A program made the position numbers and the translations under genes. From Callorhinchus milii (taxonomy: Eukaryota), in NCBI RefSeq assembly GCF_018977255.1, contig NW_024704752.1, forward strand, positions 8,370,001 through 8,434,000: a stretch of DNA of 64,000 bases, read 5' to 3'. The notes beneath the pieces were generated by a model that saw only the letters and a program-made list of their open reading frames with translations, made no database searches and was not told the DNA's origin. Below are positions 12,801 through 27,100 of this stretch, piece after piece; position 1 is the first letter of the stretch; the number at the start of each line of letters is the position of its first letter.

Positions 12801-15800
12801 CTTTGAAAAGCAAATGTGCAAAAGAGTCTTTCCCCCCAGAATCAACCATTGTGGAGTCCTGTAGCTCAGTGGTTAGAGCACTCACTTTGCAAGCGAGAGA
12901 CCTGAGTTCAATTCCAGGCAGGGTGAAACCTTGGGCAAGTTTCCTTACTCCACCCGCCTAATAATAATCCCTCCAAAAACCAAAAACAATAATAAAAAAA
13001 ATTGGTCATTTTCAATCTATGACTGTTTGTGGGACATTGTTGTGCGCAATTGGCTGCCGCGTTCTCCCACAAATATAGTCAATTCACTTTACAGTGTGTT
13101 CTGTGAAGCGCTTTGGGACGTCCTCCTGACGTGAAAAGCGCTATATCAAATGCAAGAATTATTATTATATTATATATTATTATTACACTGCAGGCAGGAG
13201 AGCTGTTCTGCTGCGGCAAAGCTGAGGTTCCAGTAGAATGAACTTGCAAAGCTCCAAACTGCCTCCAAGGGTTTTGGCAAGGTTATATCAGACCCAATTA
13301 CATAGAGCTCCTTACAGTATACAGTGAAGCTTTCCCCATACACACAGACCTCCTGAAGATACAGATTCATCCAAGGGTATGGTTCTATTGCTGCGAGCTG
13401 ACCTCCACTAGCTCAGCCAAATGACTATATGTCCTGCATGTGCCCAGGGAGTAAGCTTCAGTGATTTAGTGGTCAAAGCATTAGAGCCAAGCTGACCCCA
13501 TCTTCAGCCAATAACCACACACTCAGTGTCCGGCAAGACTGGGAAATGTGGATAAATTGCTCCTTCAGGCTCCCACCCCCACCACCCAATGATAGCATCC
13601 TGACTATCATCCTGAGATCAGCAAACTCAGCAACAAGTGGGGAACAAAGATACAGGCATCTGATCTGTGTGACTCAGTTCCACATAGGTCAGAATAAGGC
13701 AGCTTGTAGGGTAGTTAAGCAGATGCTTCTGTGGACCTGTCTCCCTGGTGCATTCAGGCTCTTATTTCCCTTCGCAAAATGTCACCAGAATTAATTATTA
13801 ATTCCATCTCCATCTGATATTTGCAGAATTTAATTTTTTTTTGAGATTCGCAGAATTTCAATCTTTTTTTGAAAATGTCAGGAGTTTATTTTTTAATAAA
13901 AAATTGCTATTGTACATTCACGTTAATGGGAAAAAAGTCACTCCTGTCAGGACCTAGTTAGCTTCTATACTATACTACAAAGCTTCTGTACAGGAGCAGG
14001 AATGCAAACTTAGAAAGATGAACATGCGACATATGATACCAGCAATAAATGAACCCTTCCCCTTACCCAGTGTGCACTAAACACAGATCTGGGAATGGAG
14101 CACCAGAGGCCGGGTGCCAAGTGGCTAAAAGTCCACCCGCAGATAGCAGGATGTTACATGCACAATATGCTCAACCAATATTATGGATGTTCTACTGGAC
14201 CTTACCCCATCACCCCACCAACACACACACACACACAGTTTGTGATTTACACTTTTTCACCCAGTGTACAAGACACCATGTGCAGGCAGGAATGTCTCCC
14301 AAGTCCAACAATGAATGTGCCGCTAGGTGTACATTATTACAGGAAATAAATCACCACTAGAACACAGCACGCTGCCAGCACCTTCATTAAACAGCAACTG
14401 TGACCACCAGTACGCCCATTCAGAGGAACACATCCTTGGCAGAACTCCAGGCCTCCCGGCCTCTGAAATTGAATGGAATGCTAACTGCAGTAATGGAACT
14501 CTGACACCACAAGTGCATTCCACAGGACTTCCCCATTTCCACAGTCGGGCTTTGGGATATTCTCCCACGAAGACAAATCAGAGTTGGCCTCTTTGCTTAT
14601 GTACGCTTGGAGAGATTACTGTATTCCAGAAACAAGGAACTACTAGCAAAAGTACATCCAGGTCTGTAGAACCATGAAATAGGGCACTATCTCCTACTCT
14701 CATTAGTTTTTTCTAGAATCTCTTTCCTCTTGTGAAGTAACTTCTAACCTCACTCAATCTTCCATTCCTACTATCTTCAGCGTTTGGGGCTATATCTAGC
14801 CAAGTGGCCTTGATTTATCTCAATGTTCTCTCCCAGTCTTTTTATCATTGGTGATTTTTCTCTAGCATCCTCCCTTCCCCAATCTGTCTCCATCACTGCC
14901 TTTCTCCACTTTATTTATTTCAAGACACGTGTGAGCGCTTGGGAGGAAAATTGGTGGCAAAAAAAAGTTTATTTGTGACTCTCAACCCAACAGCCCCCCC
15001 CCCCCCCCCTCTTTAAATGTTTTCTGAAAGAAGAGACCCCCCACCTCAGTGTCATTGAATTTTTTTTATTTTTTTGGTCAGCCGAGTATCTGAAATACTC
15101 AGAAACCCATCACCGTGCTTAAGAGTATCCAAACCAAACTGAGAATTCCATGCATCCCAACTACACATGGAAATTCCAGAGATAGATTGTTGGAATGGAA
15201 TGCGCACTCTCTCCCTGGAGAGACGCATCCTGCTTACCTAATTCCGGAAAGTATTAGGCACAGGTTAACAAGAGCCATGTGTGTCTGAATCCATGTGTGA
15301 CCCTTGACAGCGAAAGGCAAAAGCCTATATATCCATAAAATAGAGCACTACACCTGATCCGGAGGGACCATTACAGCTGATACCAATCTTGCCTTCTTTC
15401 CACATCACTTTTAGGGCTCACTGGGCAATAGTTAAGAAAAACCTGGCTGAGTTCCCTCTCCCCAATTCAGGATGCTGGGGCAAAATTTAGCAATAACTAC
15501 TGCCATCCTGGCCGAGATCAGCTAACTCAACACAGATTTGTGACTAAACTAAAGAACTTCTTGTTCTGTATTTTCCAAATAAATTAATTGAACGCAAAAG
15601 CTTATTGCAAGAAAATCTCCTATAGCAAGCAATGGAATTTTGGACAAGCGCTTTGTGACTGTAAGAAGCAAAAAAAAGTCAGATTCATTGATAGCTTTCC
15701 CTGTCCTCCAAAAAGCTACACAACATACTATAAGGTAAACATACCTCAAAATTGAGCTCAACGGGCTGTGGGACAAATGCTAATGAGGCCTGGGTTGTAC

Positions 15801-18066
15801 ACAGAAACAAAGGACTTAGCCAGTCTTAGAGATAAGCAATTTTCACTGCCAATAGCTTAGAAGTTTTATAAGAATAGTTATTATCAACAGAAGGCAGCGA
15901 CAGATATAAATGATACTCTCACTGCACTTAAGAGCATGGAATGCAAATAGTTCAACATTTACACTGTGCTGAAGGGAGGGTCAGGCAGCAGTAAGGGCTA
16001 ATTAACATGCTCTGGAGGCAGATCCCCTGAGCCAATGGACTGCTCTTGTCCCAGAAACTGAAGGATCATTAATCTTGGGAACAATGAAACTCTAATTATA
16101 GGATTACAAATGATAAAAATTGCAGTCATTTTTCAACACTGAAACATCCATTGTCTGCTAAGTGGTGTAGCCGGATCCATCTTAAATGCATTTAGAAAGA
16201 ATGCTTACAGGTTCAGGACACCACTAGTGGAACACCCATCAACTGAGACCCACAGAGAGTAAAAAACATCCATTTGCTTGATGATCCAAACTGCAATACT
16301 CCAATCAAATATATTCACATGGAAGCTTCTTTTAGTGCATCTGGTCAAAGTTTCAAAGGGGATGTAGCAATTGGGAAAAGTGGATTAAAACAGGAAGGGA
16401 GTGAATAGATGATAAAGTGGTCTATGAAGCTATCCCTTCACCTCTGGGATCTAGATTTAAATCTAGCCTAGACTGAAGGGAAGAAAGAGATCCCTTATTA
16501 ATGCTTTCCTCTGTTGTTCCTCCAGAGGTTCAAATACAGAGTCTATACCTGAAATTCCCTATATGGTCAGCTCCTGATTTCAATTAGCAGCTTATCCAAA
16601 GGATGAATGGTTCTGTGGGTTATTATGGACACCACCTCGTGTCTGTGTTTTGTTTTCGTGAAGGAGTTTGAAATCTTATATATTAGAAATCTGTATGTAA
16701 TCTAAATCTGATGTTCTATTAATCTGTATATCCGCTTGTAATTACCAGGCTCAAATGTTGATAAGCAAAGTAATGGCTTTGGCGGCCTCTCAATGTGTTG
16801 AGGCTCATAATACAGTCCTGCATCACCTCTCCTTCACCCTCAGCTGCTCCTCAGCTGATCTGCTCCCCACACAGTTCTGGGTCTAGCTGCCCAGGTATGG
16901 AATTCACCCATTTATTTGCTGATCAACATTCGAGGTGGGCAATTATATCTGGACATACAGGCAAACAGAACATTAGATATAGATTACATTCAGATTTCTA
17001 AATCTATAAGATTTCAAAATCCTCAACCAAAACACACAGATCCAATATGTTGTCCATCATAATCCACAGGACCATTCATCCTTCAGAAGTGCTGCTATCT
17101 CTGCCCCAGCCCACACACAAGAGGGCAGACCAAAGGCACTAAGGAAATGATTAAAGTCCCATGCTTTCAAGTCTCATGATGCACATCTGTGCAGAGAGTT
17201 GCCTGCTAAAGCAATCTGCACACATGGTGCACTGGGCATCAAGTCTGCTTGTAATTATAATTCCATCTTTTTGCTTAAAGTTGCTGTTCATGTTTCTCAG
17301 TATCTGTTCTAACTCAACTGGTTAACTGTGCTGGCCAGCTGCGGAGAGAGGAAGGGGAGTTGTGTGACCAGCAACTGAGTGGGGAGGGGGTCGAGGCAGC
17401 AGATGGTGGGTTTCATCTGAGAGATGGTGGTTGAGAGGGAGGGGAGGGAGTATTCGAGGCAAAGGTACAACACCTTTATGAAAAGCCAGGCATGCGGGAA
17501 ACATAAAATCAAATCTGATAGTGTTAGATATTATGGACAACACAGATATTAGTTAAATTGCTTCTGAGTTAGCCACTTTTAACAGATGTGCTTCACTAGG
17601 TCCGTCCCCAAAGTATATTTGTTGAAACCCTACTACTCAATGAAGCTTTGTGATGGGTCAGGCTTTCCTCTCCTCCTCTTTTGTTCTTTATATTCTTCAA
17701 ATGATCAATGGAAATACAGTCTGCAGAGCCAAACTCCTGGCATGTTATCCCCTTGGAGTCTGCCATTTCCTCAACCATCCATCTCTCATTGGGCCTTGGA
17801 TCAAGGCCAACTCAGCACTGAATTGCAATCAGTGTTGCTCTCGCAGCCTCACACGCCTTCAGCACCAGGCTGCAAGATCCACTCACCACCCTTCCCAAGA
17901 GGTGTGTTGATGTTTGGGGATGGGGGGGCTATTGTTGTCCTTAGATATAGGTTTAGCTGAGAAACAATGATCGGCCCAGTGGTGTGAAACATCATTGATG
18001 AGCTACAGCCAGGATTAGCAGAGAGGTAGGATGTGAGACAGGGAGAGTAAGCATGTGAATGTTTCT

Positions 18067-18109
<43 letters not shown>

Positions 18110-21100
18110 CACATAAGCATGTACATGTGTGAGAAAGAGAGAAAGTATATAAGTGCGTGAGCAAGAGAGACAGAGCATACACACACACACGTGTGAGACA
18201 TTGTATGTAAGACAGAGAATGAGAGAACACGTGTGAGAGAAAACAGGAGAAAGAGAGAGAGCAAAAACAAGAGAGAGAGAAAAAAATATCCGTAACTGTG
18301 GAGTGGGGGACTCACTTCTCCCAGTTACCTAGTTGCGCTTCCAATGGAAAATCAACAGAATAACGTGGAATAAGCAGGAAATGTGCCGCCCACGAGAGAT
18401 GAGCTTCAGTCCCGAAGGCTCTTGTCTGTGCATCGCTTAATAGTTGTTGGAAAGGTTATGAGGGTTCGAGTCTTTATCAGTAATAAGCAGGTACCACATT
18501 TCCCACATTAGATTCTAATCTTTTAAATAGTGTAACAGGCTTGGGGAGGTGGTGACCTGATTAGAGGCAACCCAGGGGCACCCAATGCAGCACTGGGTCT
18601 GAGGTATGAGAAACCAGAGAGAAAGGTACCAAGAAGCGATAACCACACAGAACCCAAAAAGAAAGATAAGAAAGTTTGCGATGGACAGGCAGGAGAGTAG
18701 AGATGAGAGCTGGACTAAAATCACCTCTTAGATGGCAAGGTTTTAACTTCCCCTGCACGGGCATAAATAATACTTGCATGAGAGCACCAAGTGGAATATT
18801 CTGAAACTGAAGGAAATACCTAACCAATTTTTACAAAGCTATTTAACATTTAAATTGAATTAAATTAAATTGCCGTCCAGGCTACAATTCACAATAGAGT
18901 TATGCACATGTATAATAATAAGCGTTTCAGTTGTAGAATATTTGAGAAGCTGTTGTTATGCGATACCCTCAATTCACTCACACAACCTCTATTTATTTTA
19001 TGAAATAAACAACAGATTTAGAGGAATTTGATTCTGTGTTTGTTGGGTCTCAAGTAATCTCAAATGTCAATTTTATTTCAGTCTTTCTCGAGCAAAGTGA
19101 ATAACAATCTTTGCATTTGATATAGTGCCTCATCGTGTCATGGAGATATTTCAAAGTGCCTAATAGAGTTTTACTGTGAAGTGTAGTGATTGAGTATTTG
19201 TAAGTAAACTCGGCAGACTCTGTTTGCCTGGGGCTTCAGTAAACGTCTCACTCACTCACTCAAAGTTAAAGTTGAGAGAAGAATCCACATTACTGACTGT
19301 TGTTGGAGTTGATGAAGAGACACGTGGGGAGAAATTCCGCCTCCGATTAGAGTTACTTTGTTTATGTAACATTTTAGAGGTCCAGAATCTGGCATATTGT
19401 TGAGTTAGGTCTTAACTTTGCAGTTGGTTTTCTGTAGTTTTTAAAAGAACTTAGAGGAAACTTAGAGGCAATAGGCTTCAAAATTAAGGCTAGATTTAAA
19501 AATTTGCCTAATTCAGAAAGCTCTGAAATGCTATGTAAATAGAGTAAATTTACACCTGGGTGAAATCTCTCCCCAAAAACAGGCCTAAAATGCATCTTTT
19601 GCAATTATGCCCAGGGTTTTGGTTTCTCTTGGCCAAGTCCACTAGAAACTGGGTTGAAACAGTTCCAAATTCAGAGGAACATTCACCCCATCAGTCGAAG
19701 CTGGATCTAAACTCATAATTCAAGTACAACAACAACAACAAAATTACATTTGTAAAGCGCCTTTCACATTGGGAGGACGTAGTACAGTAATAATTAAAGG
19801 GGCTTAACTTGGAGCATTCCTTCACATGGATGTATGTGGCTGAATGGTTCACCTGATCAGAAGTTTTTTTTACTATCATTCTTGCCATATCATGGCAGGC
19901 CAGCCAGATGCTGAGCTTTTGGTTGCTTGCGTTCCCAATTTGCTGCACTTTCTGTTAAGCTTCAAGTCTGACAGGGTTGTAGATAGAACCTGAAACTTCA
20001 ATTATTTATCCTTCACAGAAGCACGTGTATCGGACATATAGCGTTATGGGTTTCAATGTGGAGCTTTCAGGGAGACATTGATGTTTTCTAGCCTTGGGGG
20101 GTTACAAAACCAATCTGAAAGGGCAACACAAATAGATTAGGAGTGACGGCTCGAGCACAGCACACATCCAAATAACAGATTGGTTCAAGTATACCTTGCA
20201 CAGTCTTGACAGCCTGCCTAACACCTAACAGGTTCCTGTGATATAATCCAAGACAGTCAGGGCTGTTGGCTGTCACACGAGAAGACATTGCTGTCTCAAC
20301 AGGACTTAGCGAACACGGATTTAAAAGGGCAATATGTGGGGGACTGACCTTGCCCTGAAGAATGTGTAATTTTCTGCCAAACTTAGGTAGATTCATCACA
20401 CCAAAGATGTGATAAGGCGCTATATCAAATGCGAGGATGATTATTATTCTAATAGTAGTTGTTTCGCGGGTGCGATCAATACCCCTCACACGATGTTGCC
20501 AGAGAGGAAGGGGGAACGTGTGCCAGAAGTGCAAGAGCAACAATGACTTGGTCGGAGGGAATTATTATCAGTGGAGTGAGGAGGACCAATAAGACACGAT
20601 AAAGTGCTATATCAAAAGCAAGGATTATTATTTATTATCACTGTGGAGACTTGTAGCGTAGTGGTTAGCAAGCCAGAGGACCCAGGTTCGATTCCCAGTT
20701 TCCTTACACCACACATCTCTGTTTATCTAGCAATAAGTAGGAACCCTGTGGTTAGTCGATTGGTGACCCCTTTTCTGGGGTTAATAATCCTTTTTTTAAA
20801 AAAATAAATGTCCTCACTCAATCCACGACTGTTTGTGGGACACTGTTGAGTGCGATTGGCTGCTGCATTTTATCCACAAAATACATAGTCACTACACTTT
20901 ACAATATATTCTGTAAATCACTTTGAGTCGTCTCAACGACATGATACAGCTATATCAAATGCAAGGATTATTATAAAATGACTACCAGATGGATAATCGG
21001 CCTTCAAACTGTTTCATGCCCAATTTTTTGCATTTATTTTCTCCTCTTCTCTCAGGAGGACACTAATTCTTCCAGTGTACAGGGCCCCAGGTTTTCCTGT

Positions 21101-24100
21101 CCAAATTCAACAACAGTATCTCTCTTCTGTTTTACTTGTCGGTGCAAGGGTTAACCTGCCCAGGGTTATTTTCGTTACTTAGAGAGACAGATCTGCTGAA
21201 ATCTGCAATTCGTGCACTTTGATTGCCAAAGGTTCAGGAAATCGCCAAGTGTTCCCGAAGCTGAAATGGATGCCAGCAACGACGCGGATGGGTGGAGGAG
21301 AGAGTGAGAGAAAAACACATCAAAGATGTCTGCTAATTGAAAAACCTGGGCAGGCAAGGTCTCTGGGTTACAGCCCTTGACAGTTCAGAAATACCTTCTG
21401 CTAAGTGCTCAGTGGGCTGAAATAAACACTTTATAGCAGAAAAGAAGAAAAGAGAAAAGCTCATCAAATTACGTAACAATGTCCACAAACATTAGTTACA
21501 ACAAATTCTCTCTCTCCTCCTGAAGCAGCACAACATTCACCGCCTTTGAACTCTACTTGAAGGGCGCTCGCTATATTCAACAGCACTCAAGTAGAATTAC
21601 TGTCTTTTTTCATTGACAGCAGATTAAAAGATATTTAAAAAAGAGATTTCCTGCCCATCTCTGATCAGGCCTTTGCTTCCCTCAAGGATCAGGACGGTCC
21701 CAGTTGAATGCCTGGTCAGTGCTGAGTTGGTCCTTGGGCTGGAGAAGAAGCAATCAGCTAGGGTTTCTGTTCTTAGTTACTATTCAGTTACTGCAGTACT
21801 CCAGGGCACTGCTGATGACAGTCCAACCAGCCTGCCAGTAGCTGAGCAGGACAAATCCCTGCTCCCAGGGACTGGCCTGCCTCTCCAGGTTAACCATACA
21901 AGCCAAAGCCCAATGGGTAGAGTGGTCCTAGCTTGACAAGCAGTAGGAAGTATGGCAGACAGTGCCCTTTGTGACAATGAGGTTTTAGCTGATTAAACCC
22001 AAGCAGTACCCCAAACACATATTCTGGGGTCCCAATCCTTGGTTGTTGCTACCCTGAACCTACTACTCTTCAAAATTAGTGAAGTAGGGTGCGTCCCTCC
22101 AGGGAGAGTGTGCATTCCATTCAAAAGAAAATTTCCACATGTCGGCGGAATATATATGTGGCACTCTCAGTGTAGTTTAGATACCTTTATGCACGGCGAT
22201 GGGTTTCCGTATGTGTCAAACAGGCAACTGAGCAAAAGAAAATCAAGTTATCCCTGTGATAAAGTGCATTTCTGTAGAACACAAGACTGAGCTCAGCAGT
22301 GACCCTTAAAAAAAATCAAAAGATTTCGAGAGGTTTGGGTAAAAAAAAGACCGGTCAGCCTATTTGATCTCAACCTTTCAGAATACCTAAGTCAGAACAA
22401 CGACAACAACAAGATTCCATTTATTGAGCGCCTTTCACGTCGGGAGGACGTCCCAAGGCGCTGTACAGTTGGGTCAGGACCCGAGCAAGGGGGAAATGGT
22501 CAGGGTGAGGGGAGGGAAGGGAGGGAGCGAGGAGGGGGGAAATGGTCAGGGTGAGGGGAGGGAAGGGAGAGAGCGAGGAGGGAGTAGAGAGTCGAAAGGG
22601 GAGCTGAAGGCACGGTCAAAGAGAAAGGTCTTGAGACCGGCCTTGAAGGAGGAAAGGGAGGAAGCAAGGCGAAGGCACTGGGGGATGGAGTTCCAGAGCC
22701 TGGGGGCTGAGAGGCTGAAGGCCCGGCCACCGATGGTAGGGCGGTTGGGGCGGGGGATGTGGAGCAAACCGGAGCCAGAGGAACGGAGGGTATGGGCGGG
22801 TAGGTAGGGGGATAGTAGGTCGGAGAGGTAGGAGGGAGCAAGGCCGTGAATGGCCTTGTAGGTGAGGATGAGGATCTTGAATTCGATCCTCTGGGGGATG
22901 GGGAGCCAGTGGAGGCGAGCGAGGGTGGGAGTGATGTGGTCCGAAGCCTGGTGCGGGACAGTACACGAGCTGCAGAGTTCTGAATGACCTGCAGCTTGTG
23001 GAGGGAGGTGCCGGGAAGGCCGGCGAGGAGAGAGTTCCCATAGTCCAGCCTTGAGGTGATAAAGGCGTGGACCAGAGTTTCAGCAGTGTGAGGGGTGAGG
23101 TAGCGCCGTAGTCATGCAACATTCCGGAGGTGATGGAAAGCGGTGCCAGTTGTGGCGCGGATATGAGGGAGAAAGGACAGCTCAGGGTCGAACAGAACCC
23201 CGAGGTTCCTGACCGGCTTTGAGAGGTGGAGAGTGCAGCCTTGGATGCTGATGCTGTCAGCGCCTGAGGTGCGGAGGCGCTGACGTGAGCCAATCAGGAG
23301 GGCCTCAGTTTTGCGCACGTTGAGCTGGAGAAAGTTATCTCTCGTCCAGGACTCGATGTCGGACAGGCAGGCTGTCAGGACATCGGTGGTCGTGGAGTTG
23401 AGGGTAGAGGAGGAAAGGTAGAGTTGGGTGTCATCCGCATACATGTGGTAGTTAACCCCATGTCTGCGGATGATGTCACCAAGGGGGAGCATATAGAGGG
23501 TGAAGAGGAGGGGACCGAGGACAGAGCCTTGAGGGACACCGCACGAGACAGTGCGGGGGCCGGAGGAAAAAACATTCGTGGAGACAAAGTGAAGATGGTG
23601 GAAGAGGTACGACCTAAACCACTCAAGGACAGGGCCTTGAAGGTTTAGGTGGGAGGACAAGCGGTGGAGGAGGAGAGTGTGGTCGACCGTATCGAATGCT
23701 GCCGATAGGTCGAGGAGAACGAGGAGGCAGAGGGAGCCCTGGTCACAGATGGTCAGGATGTCATTGGTGACCTTGACCAGGGCAGTTTCTGTGCTATGGG
23801 CAGCACGGAAACCCGACTGAAGGGGTTCGAATAATGAATGGTTGGAGAGGAAAGAGCGCAGAAGGTAGGTTCACTGTTCAAGTGAATGGTAATAATCCCA
23901 GGATACCATTCGAAAAGAGAAGGGAGTTCTTCCCATTTTGTTCTGGCAAACAACGCTACAAATAAAAGTTGTTTGTGGGATGCTGCTGGGCACAAATTAG
24001 CTGCTGCATTCACCTACAAATACACAGTGGCTCCAACTTACAGAAAGTCTGTAAAGTGTTTTGAGATGTTTTGACATTATAGCCCCTACACCAAATGTAC

Positions 24101-27100
24101 TAAAGAATCTTATTATTAATATTTACCAAACATGAGGTCTTCCCATTAGAAAATGTTGTGAGCTACCAGAAAGCAGCAGAACCACATCTCAACAAAAACT
24201 GGTCCATTCAGGAGATAAAGAGAGTAATTTGGGATACACCAGACAGTTACTGTAAATCAAGCTACGCAGGCCTCTGTGCCAATCAAATGGACTCTTGGCA
24301 CCAGTTCAATGCTGTGCTCCAGGGGATTCACAAGTAGGAAATGAGGCTTTCAGGAGATTAGCCAGGCCTCCTTGCCTGGGATTTATCCAGCATCATGTTC
24401 CCGGGGGAGGTTTGTGGGGGGGAGGGGGGGGTTGGATGTAAAATAATCATGGTACAATTCAAACTGTAAGTCCCACTTGATCTGACAAGCGTTAAACAAT
24501 CTCTGGTGCTGAATAAGAGCAAGTAGTGAGTACAGATCTAATGCCCACCACGTGTAGGGTGCATCCCCACCTCAGTGGCTCCCAAACCTTCTCCACCAGC
24601 GGAGGCTAGATCCCACGGTTGCCCCCCCAACGGACCCTTCTGAGTGACCACTCGGCAGATAATGGTTGAATGAGAAAGGTTTGGCGTCCCGTTAAGGTTG
24701 AAACAAACCAGAGACGAAAGAGGAATCAAGTCGTGGTTCAACAATGCAAAGCTTGGGTTTTGAGAGTTAAATGTTGTTAAGGAAGGAAGGCTGAGGGAGT
24801 TGTATTCTGAGGGAAAGAGTGACTTAGAGCAGGAGACAGAGATTTGTTTTTTCATTTAAAACCTGTTTTCACGTTAGGGGAAGGATGTAATTTTGTTCTG
24901 TTAAGCATTCCTTTGTTATCTAAAGAACATTATTTTGTTGCTTTCTTTAGAATCGAGGAGCTGATACACAAAAGCCTGAACTGATGGAATTGAGGGTTCA
25001 TCAGGCAGCCTTTTCCCCATTACAAACAAGACCTATCCTCAGTTGAGGTAGACAACCGGCACCAACTCCTTCACTAGAGATACCTGGGTTTTGTCCAAAA
25101 AAAAGTCAATCTACTTTACAGTATATCCTGTGAAGCGCTTTGAGACGTCTCGACGACGTGAAAACCAATATATCAAATGCAAGGATTATTATTATTACAG
25201 ATAGCTAATTTCAATTGGTTCTCTTTTTCTGCACTGTTAGATTTGTGCAGATGTTGGTTAGTTTACATCCAATCCCCCCTCCCCCCCCACATAAAACCAT
25301 CCAGGAACAACATTGTGAAGTCCTGTAGCTCAGTGGTTAGAGCACTCGCTTTGCAAGCGAGAGACCTGAGTTCAATTCCAGGCAGAGGGCGAAACCTTGG
25401 GCAAGTTTCCTTACTCCACACAGAGCCTAATAATAATCCCTCCAAAACCAAAAACAATAATAAATTGGTCATTTTCAATCTACGACTGTTTGTGGGACAT
25501 TGCTGTGCGCAATTGGCTGCCGCGTTCGCCCACAAATATACAGTCAATTCACTTTACAGTGTTCTGTGAAGCGCTTTGGGACGTCCTCCCGACGTGAAAA
25601 GCGCTATATCAAATGCAAGGATTATTATTATTATTATTATTATTATGCTCCTTCACTGGACATGAGGTTATAAGGGAGCAGCTAAGTTATCTACGAAGGA
25701 TGATCAATTATTTTTCCCCATCTCGGGGTAACCCATACCAACCTCTCGATCAACGATGATCACCCAGTCCTAGGAAACCAAGTATGGGTCGCCTTCCTTG
25801 TATATCATAGGCCTCACCCACCCTTGATTTCTGAGGCCTTTCAGGTTATATTGTTATCAGTCTTCATGAGAAGTGAAGCCTTTTAAAGTTTCTGCTGTTT
25901 ACTTTTCTGTTACATTTCTCTCTCTCTAAAGCCCTGAGGATCTGGGAGATCACAGGCAAAACCAAACCTCTTACCAAGTATCCACCCACATATGCTGTCT
26001 AGCAGTACTAAGAAGATAGCAATCAGCAAGAGGTATACCTTACTCTTCCCCTGGTCCAGGGGTGCTGAGATTAACTGTAACGCCTTCATCCAACTCAGAA
26101 GTGACCAGGGATTCAACCTGGAAGCTTCCTGGTTTGTATAGTTTGTTTCCATGCTAAAGATTGTCTCTATCAACTCAGCCATCGAGGGAGTCAAAGAAGT
26201 TTCAATGTCAGATTGGGGCTATACATTCAGCATCTTCCCCACATAGAATGCTGGAGAGCTGAAGGACTGTAACTGAGAGGCTCAACATTAATCCTCCACA
26301 TAATGTCCTGCATTGTTATACCATTAAAGTTAACAGCTTTGTAACCCAAGAATGCTAACAATGTACATGGTCCTGATCCTCGCTAACCACTTCCTGACAT
26401 TTTTTGAGAGCTAATAATGTGTTTGGTCTGTACTGCAGTTCTGGGTTGCAAAACAGATAAACATCATACAACCTTCAACTCCCACTGCGATGCCTCTCAG
26501 TCGAACCTTTGTTGCTGGTCTGAGTTCCAATTTCAACGATGCCGATTAGCAGTCTATATATTACTAGTGGGGGTTTTGTGAATAAATCACATCTCTTATT
26601 TCGGTAATTCCTTTGAGGAGCCAGCCCTGTCTTGTCTGTGACACGACACTCCTGCAAACAACCAAAGGATACCCAGTGTACAAGCCAAGGCATGTTTAAC
26701 AGAACTCTGCTGGGCAAGAAATGTTCAGAAGTTCCACAGGAATCAGTTAGTGCATAAAAGGACGGCTGGTCTCCAACTTAACTCAAAATGTATGAAACGC
26801 CAAGCTCTGACCACTTGTTACCCGAAACTTGATTCAGACTCTCCTTCTGTCACAACCGTGTTTTCTCTATTTTATCATTCCTTTTTAAATATTCCTCATG
26901 TAAGTTATTTACAGTAGAATGATCGATCATTCCACCTACTTGCTCCTCATCTTCACTGTTAAATTCAAGGCTCAATCGCGCTATCCCCTATTTAAACTCA
27001 TTCTTTTGACTTGATTGCAAGACCATGAACTCTTCACTTCCCTTAAGTCTTTCCTTCCTCCTGCAGTCCACAAGTTTTAAAACCTAAGCTTGCATCTACT

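Noticed and set aside
18329-18433. ATG-initiated hydrophobic ORF ending at a GTAACT donor as an alternative first exon
   Set aside because: It ends in TAG exactly at the junction, so it cannot join exon 5 in frame.
22616-23293. 225-aa Ser/Pro-rich ORF (also the 194-aa ORF at 33795-34379)
   Set aside because: Alternative frames of the GC-rich L2 sequence.
23112-23660. Reverse transcriptase ORF as a domesticated gene or novel RT system
   Set aside because: It is part of a 5'-truncated L2 copy with a stop and a frameshift, and its 3' region recurs elsewhere in the window.
25315-25760. SINE Pol III read-through antisense to mir-551
   Set aside because: T4/T5 runs within the SINE and at ~25711 would terminate Pol III before the hairpin.
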